From the NCBI GenBank assembly GCA_004764695.1, contig SMSO01000005.1:1736001-1800000 (forward strand): a stretch of DNA of 64,000 bases. The letters run 5' to 3'. The notes under the pieces are model-generated. The model worked only from the letters and a program-made list of their open reading frames with translations, did no database searches and had not been told where the DNA came from. The translations under genes and the position numbers were made by a program. This DNA comes from Schizochytrium sp. TIO01 (lineage: Eukaryota; Protista; Bigyra: Labyrinthulomycetes). Positions 11,568 to 21,339 of the stretch are shown piece after piece. Numbering within the stretch: position 1 is the stretch's first letter; the number at the start of each line of letters is the position of its first letter.

Positions 11568-14141
11568 ATGAAAGCGAACGGTTTTCCAGTCGCAAAGGCT
11601 GAGACTTTGCGCGAGAACAACGCAACAAATCGAGCTCTGGTAGGGGAGCGGCCAGTTAAGCAAGAGAAATGCACCGATTGTTGCTGCATCCCTCTCTACA
11701 TTGTTGCTTGGGTCTGCATGATTACAATTGCAATTGTTGCGCTGGTTGAAGGAGACGCAAGGAGGCTTATTTTTGCTACAGACTACCTTGGCAACACATG
11801 CGGTATATGTCAAGAAAATGGTGAAGGCTGCGGTGCTAGTATTTATTACCCGCGTCCAGGTATGGATGCAGTTTTACAGGGGTACGATCCAGATAACCCT
11901 CCAAATGTATTTAGCGCTGTATTCGGATTATATGGCATATGTGTTTCGAGTTGTCCTGATTTAGGCTCTTATATCTGCAATTATGAAGTCGAACGCAATT
12001 TGAGTGCTGCAGTGTCGAGCGATGAGGAGAGGCACAGTATATTACAAAGTTGTGCTCAGGCAATGAATGCAAAAAGTCGTGGAGCACTCAACAACTATGG
12101 TCTCAATGCTCTCAGTGAACCTTGTCACACATACATGAAAGGCTGTTGGTATGTTGCACAAAAGATGAGCAATTTATTCTTTCGTTGTGTGGGTACAGAG
12201 GTCCTTAATGAAACCAGCGCCTATACATGTTTTTCTCCAGCTTACCAGGATGAAGCACGTACTCTACGAATGCCCGCGCGAGTGTGCTCAGATGTTGCGA
12301 GTGATGATATTCTTCCTACATCTGAATGTAACGCAACTGCATGTGCTGCACGAGGAAATTCCTGCGTTAGCAATGACCGCTGTATATACGAGCTTGAAGA
12401 AACATTAACATACTCAGTTGTTGATCCCCGAGCTGGCGGGCTTAATATAATTGCATCGCAGCTTGGTACTTGGGCCTTAACAATTTGGCGGAACCTTGGA
12501 GACGTGAGAGAAACATGGTGGACTATTCTTATTGTAGGAATTATTGGGGCCTTCTGCATTGGATTAGTGTGGCTTAGGATTCTTGAAAAGTGGGTTGGTT
12601 TCTTTGTTTGGCTCATGATTTTTCTATCGTTTGCTGGTCTCACTGTAGTTTTGCTTATTTGCTTTGCCAAAGCAGGTAAACTTACAAATTCAGTAACTGC
12701 TTTGAATGAAGCAACAGATGAGAACATAGTCCTTGCTTCTCTATTATCAACGAGTGATTCACAAACCAATATTTGGAATGCTCTTGGTGTTATCCTCGCT
12801 ATCATCGAGTGTATTTGCTTTTTGATGCTCCTGGTTATGTGGTCTAAAGTACTTCTCGCAATCAAGGTTCTAGGCGAAGCAGCAAGAGCCATTCGAACCA
12901 TCAAATCTGTATTAATTGTCCCAGCTTTTACATCTCTTGCAGTCTTTCTCCTTGGAATTTACACAATTGGCATTGGAGGCTATCTTGTCACAGCCGGAAA
13001 TTTAGAACTCACGGACCTCACAATCTCTGGCGTTGCAGATAGTATAGCGAGCTCTGTGAACCAATCAACAACGAACTTGACTCGACGAAGTCTACACCAC
13101 GCATACGAAAGCCCTGTAGATTCAGCAGACATCGTACGGCAGCTTCTCAGTGTAGATAATATTACCACAGCTGTTGATATTACTATACAGAAACTAGTGA
13201 GCACTCCAGGGTTACCAGGAATGCTGCTGGTTCATATTTATGGGTCAATTTGGTCTTTTTACATCATTTCAGGAGTAGGCTTCATGACAATCTCTATTGC
13301 AATCTCAAGGTGGTATTGGAGCGGTGGGGCATCTGCATTTCATGATGAATCCTCACTTGAGGGAGAACCAGGATCTCAGTATTCAACTTCATCACTGGAT
13401 CACCCTCCCAGTTCCAACCTATACTCTGCTCCAAGAGCTTTTTGGCATGTGGCTCGCTATCATATGGGATCAATTTATTTTGGATCACTTTTAATTGCAA
13501 CTGTGCAAATGTTGAGACTGATACTATGGTATATCTCGAAGCAAACACAAAAGATTCAAAAGGAGAACAGAATCGTTCGCTATGTAATGTTGGCTCTCAA
13601 AAGATGCCTAGCTTATTGCAAATGGCTTTTAGAAGAGGTCACTACCAATGCTTACGTAATCGTTGGTATGCAAGGATGTGGTTTTAAAACAGCTGCCAAA
13701 CTTGCTGTTGAAACCCTAACCGTTAATCTATCTCGCGTCGCTGTCGTAGGCTTGGTTAACATGCTGATATCTCTTCTTTCTACGCTGGTGATAGTTACAA
13801 CATGTGTTATTCTTGAATTTCTATGGCTTGATCGAAGTTCAGCGTTTTCCTCAACAGGGAAGCACTCCATTAACTCGCCTGTTATCTCTATACTTCTTAC
13901 GGCCTTAGCTTCTGCATGGGTGGCAAACGGCTTCATGCAGGTTTACGAAGTCACTGTGCAAACTATTCTACTATGTTTCTGCAAAGATATCAAAATGAAC
14001 CGAGCTACAAAGGCGTACGCCATGTCGTCAAATATGCGCGAAATTATGGCTCGGCCTTCAAGAAAGAAACGCAAGTCAAAGAAAAATAAACTCGCCGAAA
14101 AACAAGAACCTCCCAAGGTCACTGCAGTTCTACCTACATGA
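11568..14141 (+). CDS. Choline transporter-like protein (CTL/SLC44 family)
   Basis: N-terminal CTD-C motif before TM1, RRLIFATDYLGNTCG, Cys-rich loop (CVSSCP, RC), about 10 TM segments, RYHMGSIYFGSLLIA, NAYVIVGMQG and TILLCFCKD signature motifs. Intronless, 857 aa. Confidence 0.93.
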   Translation: MKANGFPVAKAETLRENNATNRALVGERPVKQEKCTDCCCIPLYIVAWVCMITIAIVALVEGDARRLIFATDYLGNTCGICQENGEGCGASIYYPRPGMDAVLQGYDPDNPPNVFSAVFGLYGICVSSCPDLGSYICNYEVERNLSAAVSSDEERHSILQSCAQAMNAKSRGALNNYGLNALSEPCHTYMKGCWYVAQKMSNLFFRCVGTEVLNETSAYTCFSPAYQDEARTLRMPARVCSDVASDDILPTSECNATACAARGNSCVSNDRCIYELEETLTYSVVDPRAGGLNIIASQLGTWALTIWRNLGDVRETWWTILIVGIIGAFCIGLVWLRILEKWVGFFVWLMIFLSFAGLTVVLLICFAKAGKLTNSVTALNEATDENIVLASLLSTSDSQTNIWNALGVILAIIECICFLMLLVMWSKVLLAIKVLGEAARAIRTIKSVLIVPAFTSLAVFLLGIYTIGIGGYLVTAGNLELTDLTISGVADSIASSVNQSTTNLTRRSLHHAYESPVDSADIVRQLLSVDNITTAVDITIQKLVSTPGLPGMLLVHIYGSIWSFYIISGVGFMTISIAISRWYWSGGASAFHDESSLEGEPGSQYSTSSLDHPPSSNLYSAPRAFWHVARYHMGSIYFGSLLIATVQMLRLILWYISKQTQKIQKENRIVRYVMLALKRCLAYCKWLLEEVTTNAYVIVGMQGCGFKTAAKLAVETLTVNLSRVAVVGLVNMLISLLSTLVIVTTCVILEFLWLDRSSAFSSTGKHSINSPVISILLTALASAWVANGFMQVYEVTVQTILLCFCKDIKMNRATKAYAMSSNMREIMARPSRKKRKSKKNKLAEKQEPPKVTAVLPT

Positions 14142-14298
14142 ATGAAACAAAGTCACTGTCCTACATGTTCTGCGCACAAACTCCCGATTCGTAGATAAAC
14201 ATATCAATAATATGCAAAGAACTAAAACACGAAGAAAATAAGTTTCTTTTTCTGTATAAACACATTTTGATGAGTCCTAGCAAAGTCTGGTACTCTAT

Positions 14299-17200
14299 TT
14301 ACTGAAGGTAAAATTCGATCTTTCGAACTTGGTACATTGATCGCATATTTCGGAACTTTATCGAAAGTTGTTCGAGAAGTTGTTCCCGTCGCTTTGCCAA
14401 GGCAAATTCAAGAAGGGCGTAGAGCTTGATACGTTGCTGGCCTTGCTCACTTGCTTGCTCAGCTGCCTTTTCAAGAAGGTTGAGTGATCGTGGGTTGTGT
14501 TTACCGGCTTTTACAGCATTGAAAATAGCAGTACAATAAGTTGCTGCGGGCCTACAAACCTTAAAAACATCAGCATAGTGCTGAATAATATCAAGAAGCA
14601 TTCGTAAAGATGGAATCGAATGCTTCCTTGCGAGTTTCAGATTACCGATTTTGCGCCACTGAGGTTTTAGTTGTTGCAGGAGATGGGCCTCGTACGAGTC
14701 ATTTTCCCCAAGATGACGTAAGACCTCGTCGTCTGTGTTTAAGTGGCTCGGCTTATTGGCTTGACTCGAGGTCGTTGACTTGGAGGACTTGCTTAGACCC
14801 CCGAGTGACATTCCCGATGCCATCATCAGCGAGCGATGAGCCTGATCCTTATACCGTGCACCGTGGTCAGTTGGTACGGATGAACGAGCATTTGCTATAC
14901 TGTCCAAAGTTCCACACAATGCTTTTCCGTAGCGTGGTTGTGCCACCGCATTTGGAGAGTCGTTGCCGTCGAGATTCCAATCAACATCCTTAAAAGGTGT
15001 GAAGCTCTCTGCAAAGGCCTGAAAAATGGCAACACAGATATGAAAGTCAACGATTGATAGTTGCTGGTGATTGCTTCCATCTTGATTGTGCAGAACAGCA
15101 CAAAAGTTAGCCGCAACGCGTGCCACAACCAGAGCGAGCATATGATGACCATAGTAACGCTGCATGAGGAGCGCCATCGATACCAGAGCGTCAACTGTAC
15201 CAGATACATTTCGCGTGACACTTAGATTATCACCGGTAATTTTGCAAATATTTTGGAGGTTCAAACGACATTGGACTGACCACTCTTCCAACTCCGACAA
15301 AAAGTCGAGTGAGATTTGCACAACTGGATCTAGAAATACAACACTTTGAACGTACGATCCATAGAGTAACTCCGTCAAGCTACACAGGGTGTGCACACAT
15401 TGAATACCAGTGCCTTCTTCGTAAAGCTTACGCCCCAACTCGTGAAGTTGAGACGCATCCCTACCTGAAAAGAGTTTCAAGACAATTTGGAGCTCCAAGG
15501 TTGATAACATCTCATTTTGAAAGCCTAGAAACGACAACATCCAGGCTGCATTCTTTAAATACCGAGAAGCCTCCTGGAAACGACTTACAGTGATCAAGTA
15601 CTCACCATAATGTGCAGCAATAGTTCCACGCAAACTGCTATTGCGAACATTAGGATAGAACTCCATTGCCTTTTCAGCGTAGTTGTCTGCGATTTCTCGG
15701 GCCCAAGTATATGGCACACCTGCGAAAAATATTGCTTGGCCCATGTAGCAATCCGCGAGCTGATCGAGTGACGCTGCACGGGGATCAAGAGCTCGATTCT
15801 CAATCTTGTGATCATTAAGATCCAGTATGACGTTGGATTCACCTGATGCGTAATACTTTCGTTCCGCAGCTTGTGCTGGGCGGTGCAATGAACACCGATA
15901 AGCTTCCTTGGCGAGAGTAAGAGCATTGAAACGACGCTCCATAGCTACTGGTCCAGTTTGGTCCATGATAAGTGATGCCAGGCGCTGATAGATGATAGAA
16001 GCCTCAAGGAAGATCTCTACATTATTGAAGCTATCACCAAGGACCTCTTTAAACGCTGGTTTGTCTTCAACTCGACTGTACGAGCTTTTATTTTTCTCCA
16101 GATTGGCACGACGCTTTTTAAGATTGCTACGCATTGTTTTCTTGCGGCGGCGATTGGCCCAGAACGAAAATATTCGATGAGAACTTGAAGGGGTCTTTGA
16201 AGTCTCTGGATCGCTATCTAGCATTTCTCCTATTTGCTCGAGAAGATCATCTACAGGGCTCATCGAGCCAGTTACTGAACTACGGCCTATGAGAGCACCA
16301 CGTCGGTTCATATTGTTTGGTTGTTGATTTCTAACAAATTTTGTTCGGTAAGCACCACGATTCAACGTGCCGTGTACAGATTGATCCGATTGCGCAGCCC
16401 CTCGTTGGCTACCCCATCCATTGTTTGAGCTCATCTCTGCCGCAGTTAGAGTGTGCGGCATCATAAGATTGCCTTCGTTCGCCTCCGAGTTGAATGAAGA
16501 TGTTGCACGAGACACAAGAATCCGCTGACGACCGTCATCATCATTCACAGAGCTAGCTGGAGAACGGGGCGAATGCAGCATACTCATATGAGCAGGCGGA
16601 TCAGCACGCAGTTCTGAGGATCCTGCTAGCGGCATATCCACAACACTGAGAGTTCTCGCTTGTGCATCTCGAGAAGATGACGTAGCACCGTCTGAAGCTC
16701 CTGAAAGACGGTGGATCTTTTGAACAAGGGCTTCACCAAGGAGAGAAAAGGAAAGTGATCGAGAATAGCGAGTTGAGTGGGTTGTAGCCACTGTGCTTCG
16801 ATTAGGCGTTTCGTGCTCCACAGACACTGTTGCATTCAAAGAGAGGATGTCAAGTGCCTCGATCAAGGAATCTTCGGCTGCATCTGACCTCCCATAATAC
16901 ATATACGCCTCTGCAACCTTGCGGTACCATGAAACCCGACGCCATTCACTCACAGGTTGATCATACTTTTCCACAATTTGTAAAAGACGAGTGAAACAAA
17001 CCCACACACTCTGCATTGCATGGATCTCTAGAGCATCATTCCCAGCAATTTCAAGATAATAAATAGCCTTCTCTGGGACTTCCGCACATACATAATGGTG
17101 AGCAAGCATACCGTACACTGGCTGTAAATAGTCACCATAACGCTCTTCAAGAAATTCAGCTACCTGGAGGTGCAGAGCTTTGCGCATGCCAAACAGCAGT

Positions 17201-20200
17201 AAACCATACGCAGACTCGCGCAGCATGATTGAAGAAAAACGAATCTGCGAAGCATCGCCGACATCCTCCTCTTCACGAACAAGAAACCCTCTGGAGATCA
17301 GACGGTTGATATTTTCGTCTAGTAGCTTGTAAATCTCTCGAACATCTCCCGCGGCAGCAGCTGCTGCAGGCTTGTTCAAAGGTCGTGAAGAAACACTTTC
17401 AAACCCGCCCTGGGTACAACGGCCATCACCAGAAGAGGCAGCAAGAGATCGCTTGCTCAAGGGCCGCGAGGAGTTTTCCTCAGTCCTTTCTTTAAGAAGA
17501 GAGGTCACCGAACGACCTGGTCCAGAATTCCTTTTGTCGTTTCCATCACCATTGGCAGGAGCTCCTGCATCGCTTTCAACATGGCGTGTGCTACGAGATC
17601 TCACTGGAGACGTGCGTAAGCTCCGACTCCTGTTAGAATCACGGTTTCCGATAGTCTCACTGTCATGTGAAGACTGGTAGTGGCGAGATGACATGTCAAA
17701 GTCCTCAAGCACAGGGCTTTCATCTTCTTCGTCACCTTTATAATTTAGCAGAACACTCGCAAGTTCATGCATTTTGAACTCTGTGCCAATAACAGCTGCA
17801 ACCTTCAGAGTAAGCTGTTCGCCAGCAGGAATGCGATCGATCCTACTCGTCATAAGACTTGAGATTGTGCTTGGCAGGCCCATGTCTTCTTCTTGGACTC
17901 CACGGTTAAGTTCACAGACACTAGTGTTTGAATCAATTTGGCGAATGCTTATCATATCTGATTCGCGCATAAAATTAATTAGCTCGTATGCAAAGAACGG
18001 CTGTCCCTGAGACTTGTCATACACAATGGTAGTCAAACGCCCTAATGGAGGGGCATTCGTCTTTGTCCAGAGCTTAATACAATCAGTAATTTCATGCTTG
18101 GACAGAGGTTTCAGCTCCAGCTTTTGTGCATTACTTAAAGAACATAATTTGGTATACCAGTCGCCAACACTATCTCCTGCTGGGGTTTGCAATGAAGCAA
18201 ACATATCATCCCGAGCAGAAAGAATGAGGGCCATAGGATCATTACGGAGGGCAAGACGGTACAATGCTTCCATTGACAGCTGATCAATCCATTGAACATT
18301 TTCCACAATCATGCAAAAGCGCACAACATTATTATTCGCGGCGATGCCGTGATGGCTTGTGTCAAAATATTCGTCTGCATGCTGTAGATCACGAATAGCT
18401 TTGGCGAATATCTCTACAATGAGCTTAATTACATAAACATAGTTGTTGTCTGCTGCAGGAGCTCCAGTGATTCCATCCCCCTCTTTGGCACGTCCTAAAT
18501 CGAAAAAGTCGGGAACAATGTGGCGCAACAGCGGTGCGTATTCACGAATAACATTTGGCATTTCGTGACCTCCTGAGAGGTCACTCAGCTGTGTACCCCG
18601 TGCTGTCCCGCCTTGCTCTGAACCATCTGCATCACTCTCGAAATCGTTGATTGACTCGTTGCGATCTCTCATGCTAGGGAAACGAGTCATACCACGAAGC
18701 ATTGCAGTTGTATGATTAACCTTTCCAGAATGTGAAGAGGTTTCCCGATCATAAGAATCCTCGCGTGGAATCGTGCCAGTTCGCGAACGGGCGGAGGCTT
18801 GCTCCGAACCAAAATTGAAAATATCCTCAGATGGAAGCCGCGATGAAAGCAAGGCAAGGCGTTCTTCATTTGACATACGAGACAACCGTCGTTCTCCAGC
18901 AAAATTCTGCAACAGCTGCGTGAACAAAGATTTCCAGATAACAAAGCGGTTATGCGATTCTGTATCATCGCCGCGAGCAAAAAGAGTCATCCACGGGTTC
19001 TCCTTCGTCTTTTCAATAGCATATTGACACATTTTAGTTTTGCCAATACCAGCATCACCTGTGATGACCAGAATACCTGTACTTTGACAACTCGGGCTAA
19101 GAACGTAGTTTAATGTTCGTTTGATACGCATCTTTTCCTCTCTACGGCCTATTTGACGGCCCATATTTCTATTTCCTTCTTTTTGATCAAAGATACTAAC
19201 AATTAATTTTTGTTGTCTCGGTTTGAAGACCTGAATCTTCCCTTGGTGGCCTTTCACGTTAATGGAACGTGGGTAGCCAAACTTGATGACCTTTCTAGAT
19301 TCGTTATATGTTTGCTCATCACAATAAATTGTTTTCCCTGCAGCAACCATGAGGCGTGCTGCGAGGTTCACTTTTACACCATGCAAAGTATATTCACAGC
19401 GGACAGAGCCGCCGACTGTACCACAAAAGACTTCGCCAGTAGTAATACCAATGGAGCAGCCTACTTGCCAGTCGGACTGCCGCGTTTGCATTGTACGAAG
19501 TTCAGTTTGAATAGCCATAGAACACTTAATTGCACGAACAGCGTCGTTTTCATGTTTTAAGGGTGGTAGACCAAACGCGCTGAGCACAGATGCACCTTTA
19601 TCATCCACAATGAAGCGGAGCAATGTGCCTTCGAAAACCTCCACATGTTTGTGCACAACTTCAAATGCACGTTGAACAGTGTCCAAATCACTTTCCCCCC
19701 CTTTAAATTCGAGACCAACCAGGCGGCAGAAAATTGTACTGCAGATACGAAGTTCGCCACTCCAAATGCCGTTACCTCCCTCAATTACATTGATTGCTGG
19801 AGCTGGCACATAGCACTGCAAAAGCTGCTGCAAGCGTTTATATTGAATTTTGTTACGTGCAGTAAATTCATTGAGCTCTGTAAAGATAAGTTCTTTCTCA
19901 CCGAATTCCTCACAAATGACATCGGTTAGGAGAAGATTACCCGATTCGAGACGCTCACCGTCCAAGAAATCGCCAATTAATTCAAAGACTTCTTGAGAAA
20001 CAACCGTCTGTCCTGCTTCAGCTTCAGGCTCAGTACTAGAGATTTGGTCCACTGGAGCGCCCGTGGCAACATATTCCCAGCGATCATTTTCACCATGAAC
20101 ATGGTATGAAACAATCGTGCCGGTCCCTACTCCACAATGAACACTAAGTTGTACTCCGGAAGCGCCAACTACTGTAAATTTGAATGATGTCAAGTCAAGG

Positions 20201-21339
20201 GCCACTTGAGCTGCGCACAAGGTAGCATCCTCCAAACTGTTGTCAAAGCTCTCAGCTGGGAAAATAGCAAGAATGGCATCGCCAGCAAATTTGACAACGT
20301 CACCACCACGATTGCATATGATGCGAACCATTTGCTCAAGAGAAGCTCCAATATAACGACTCAAGTTTTCCGCGGCGTATGCTTCGTGAGAGATTTCTTT
20401 GACAAGGCGCTCTGCAAGATTGCTGAATCCAGAGATATCAGCGAAAAGCGCGGCTCCATCGAAGTTTTCTGAAAACACACGCTTAGAGTGCTTTTGATAC
20501 ATATGATGACGAATTACGCGCGCTGGCACCAATGAGGCGAGAAGTTCAAGTTTTGTGATTTCAAGCTGTAAAGCAAGTTCTGACTTAAGGCCCTCCAAAT
20601 ACTCACGACAACCCTCTGGATCAAGCTCGACGTCATCTAGATCTATCGGCACCTGGCCATCTTCTGATCCCCAGCGTGAGTCTGATGAAGAAGAAGCCTT
20701 CTTTGACATAAACAGACTAGGCGTGCGCCCCGCACGCGCTGTCAAGGTAGTTCCTGTCCTTGAGCGAGCAGATCGTGATGAATCCTGGCGCAGCAAACGA
20801 GTTGGGCCCTTTCGATCAGTGCTCGTGCGAGCCCCACGAGGCGAGTCTCCGTTTCCCTGAAAGACTTTGCCGAACCTAGGTGTGGCTCGCGTGCGAACTG
20901 ATCCAAACAAGCGGCCTTGGCCTGCTGCATTCTTTGATTTATTGCCATAATTATATGTGCCATTTCGTGAGATTGAACCTGTTGACTCCACAGATCTAAC
21001 TGCGTGAATTTCATTTATAAGTTCACTTTGCAATGGGTTAGGGCTACTCACAGGTGAAGGCGTACCTTTGTGAGCACTTCCAAGCTGCTCTTCACGAACA
21101 AGCTGGAAGCCCTCTGAGTTTAAAGTATGTTCAAGATCATCATCCTCGTCATCATATTGGTGCACCTCTTCATCAGACCCAACATCATGCGATGATGACT
21201 GCTCGGTGTCATCACCATCCCCTGTGTAACCAACGTCATAGAGACTGCCTCCTTCTTCGCTCCCACTCCTTTGGTGTGACCTGGAGCTAGACTTTCGCCT
21301 CAGCAGCGAAGCAGCAGACAGCCTTAGGCTGCTCGACAT
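14299..21339 (-). CDS. Soluble adenylyl cyclase (ADCY10/SgcA)-like protein: tandem class III nucleotide cyclase domains + STAND P-loop NTPase + TPR-like region
   Basis: C1: LFADISGFS, VVKFAGDA. C2: RFIVDDKG, FGLPP, HENDAVRAI, GITTGEVFCG, RCEYT, VNLAARLM. Walker A GDAGIGKT (~19035-19059), GQPFF, SRIDRIP...LKVAAVIG, LRESAY...RKALH, LAHHY..AE..EKAI.YL..AG. Ser/Arg-rich N-terminus. Confidence 0.93.
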   Translation of the reverse strand: MSSSLRLSAASLLRRKSSSRSHQRSGSEEGGSLYDVGYTGDGDDTEQSSSHDVGSDEEVHQYDDEDDDLEHTLNSEGFQLVREEQLGSAHKGTPSPVSSPNPLQSELINEIHAVRSVESTGSISRNGTYNYGNKSKNAAGQGRLFGSVRTRATPRFGKVFQGNGDSPRGARTSTDRKGPTRLLRQDSSRSARSRTGTTLTARAGRTPSLFMSKKASSSSDSRWGSEDGQVPIDLDDVELDPEGCREYLEGLKSELALQLEITKLELLASLVPARVIRHHMYQKHSKRVFSENFDGAALFADISGFSNLAERLVKEISHEAYAAENLSRYIGASLEQMVRIICNRGGDVVKFAGDAILAIFPAESFDNSLEDATLCAAQVALDLTSFKFTVVGASGVQLSVHCGVGTGTIVSYHVHGENDRWEYVATGAPVDQISSTEPEAEAGQTVVSQEVFELIGDFLDGERLESGNLLLTDVICEEFGEKELIFTELNEFTARNKIQYKRLQQLLQCYVPAPAINVIEGGNGIWSGELRICSTIFCRLVGLEFKGGESDLDTVQRAFEVVHKHVEVFEGTLLRFIVDDKGASVLSAFGLPPLKHENDAVRAIKCSMAIQTELRTMQTRQSDWQVGCSIGITTGEVFCGTVGGSVRCEYTLHGVKVNLAARLMVAAGKTIYCDEQTYNESRKVIKFGYPRSINVKGHQGKIQVFKPRQQKLIVSIFDQKEGNRNMGRQIGRREEKMRIKRTLNYVLSPSCQSTGILVITGDAGIGKTKMCQYAIEKTKENPWMTLFARGDDTESHNRFVIWKSLFTQLLQNFAGERRLSRMSNEERLALLSSRLPSEDIFNFGSEQASARSRTGTIPREDSYDRETSSHSGKVNHTTAMLRGMTRFPSMRDRNESINDFESDADGSEQGGTARGTQLSDLSGGHEMPNVIREYAPLLRHIVPDFFDLGRAKEGDGITGAPAADNNYVYVIKLIVEIFAKAIRDLQHADEYFDTSHHGIAANNNVVRFCMIVENVQWIDQLSMEALYRLALRNDPMALILSARDDMFASLQTPAGDSVGDWYTKLCSLSNAQKLELKPLSKHEITDCIKLWTKTNAPPLGRLTTIVYDKSQGQPFFAYELINFMRESDMISIRQIDSNTSVCELNRGVQEEDMGLPSTISSLMTSRIDRIPAGEQLTLKVAAVIGTEFKMHELASVLLNYKGDEEDESPVLEDFDMSSRHYQSSHDSETIGNRDSNRSRSLRTSPVRSRSTRHVESDAGAPANGDGNDKRNSGPGRSVTSLLKERTEENSSRPLSKRSLAASSGDGRCTQGGFESVSSRPLNKPAAAAAAGDVREIYKLLDENINRLISRGFLVREEEDVGDASQIRFSSIMLRESAYGLLLFGMRKALHLQVAEFLEERYGDYLQPVYGMLAHHYVCAEVPEKAIYYLEIAGNDALEIHAMQSVWVCFTRLLQIVEKYDQPVSEWRRVSWYRKVAEAYMYYGRSDAAEDSLIEALDILSLNATVSVEHETPNRSTVATTHSTRYSRSLSFSLLGEALVQKIHRLSGASDGATSSSRDAQARTLSVVDMPLAGSSELRADPPAHMSMLHSPRSPASSVNDDDGRQRILVSRATSSFNSEANEGNLMMPHTLTAAEMSSNNGWGSQRGAAQSDQSVHGTLNRGAYRTKFVRNQQPNNMNRRGALIGRSSVTGSMSPVDDLLEQIGEMLDSDPETSKTPSSSHRIFSFWANRRRKKTMRSNLKKRRANLEKNKSSYSRVEDKPAFKEVLGDSFNNVEIFLEASIIYQRLASLIMDQTGPVAMERRFNALTLAKEAYRCSLHRPAQAAERKYYASGESNVILDLNDHKIENRALDPRAASLDQLADCYMGQAIFFAGVPYTWAREIADNYAEKAMEFYPNVRNSSLRGTIAAHYGEYLITVSRFQEASRYLKNAAWMLSFLGFQNEMLSTLELQIVLKLFSGRDASQLHELGRKLYEEGTGIQCVHTLCSLTELLYGSYVQSVVFLDPVVQISLDFLSELEEWSVQCRLNLQNICKITGDNLSVTRNVSGTVDALVSMALLMQRYYGHHMLALVVARVAANFCAVLHNQDGSNHQQLSIVDFHICVAIFQAFAESFTPFKDVDWNLDGNDSPNAVAQPRYGKALCGTLDSIANARSSVPTDHGARYKDQAHRSLMMASGMSLGGLSKSSKSTTSSQANKPSHLNTDDEVLRHLGENDSYEAHLLQQLKPQWRKIGNLKLARKHSIPSLRMLLDIIQHYADVFKVCRPAATYCTAIFNAVKAGKHNPRSLNLLEKAAEQASEQGQQRIKLYALLEFALAKRREQLLEQLSIKFRNMRSMYQVRKIEFYLQ

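Noticed and set aside
12242-12904. 220-aa antisense ORF within the CTL gene
   Set aside because: In-register antisense shadow of a hydrophobic CDS.
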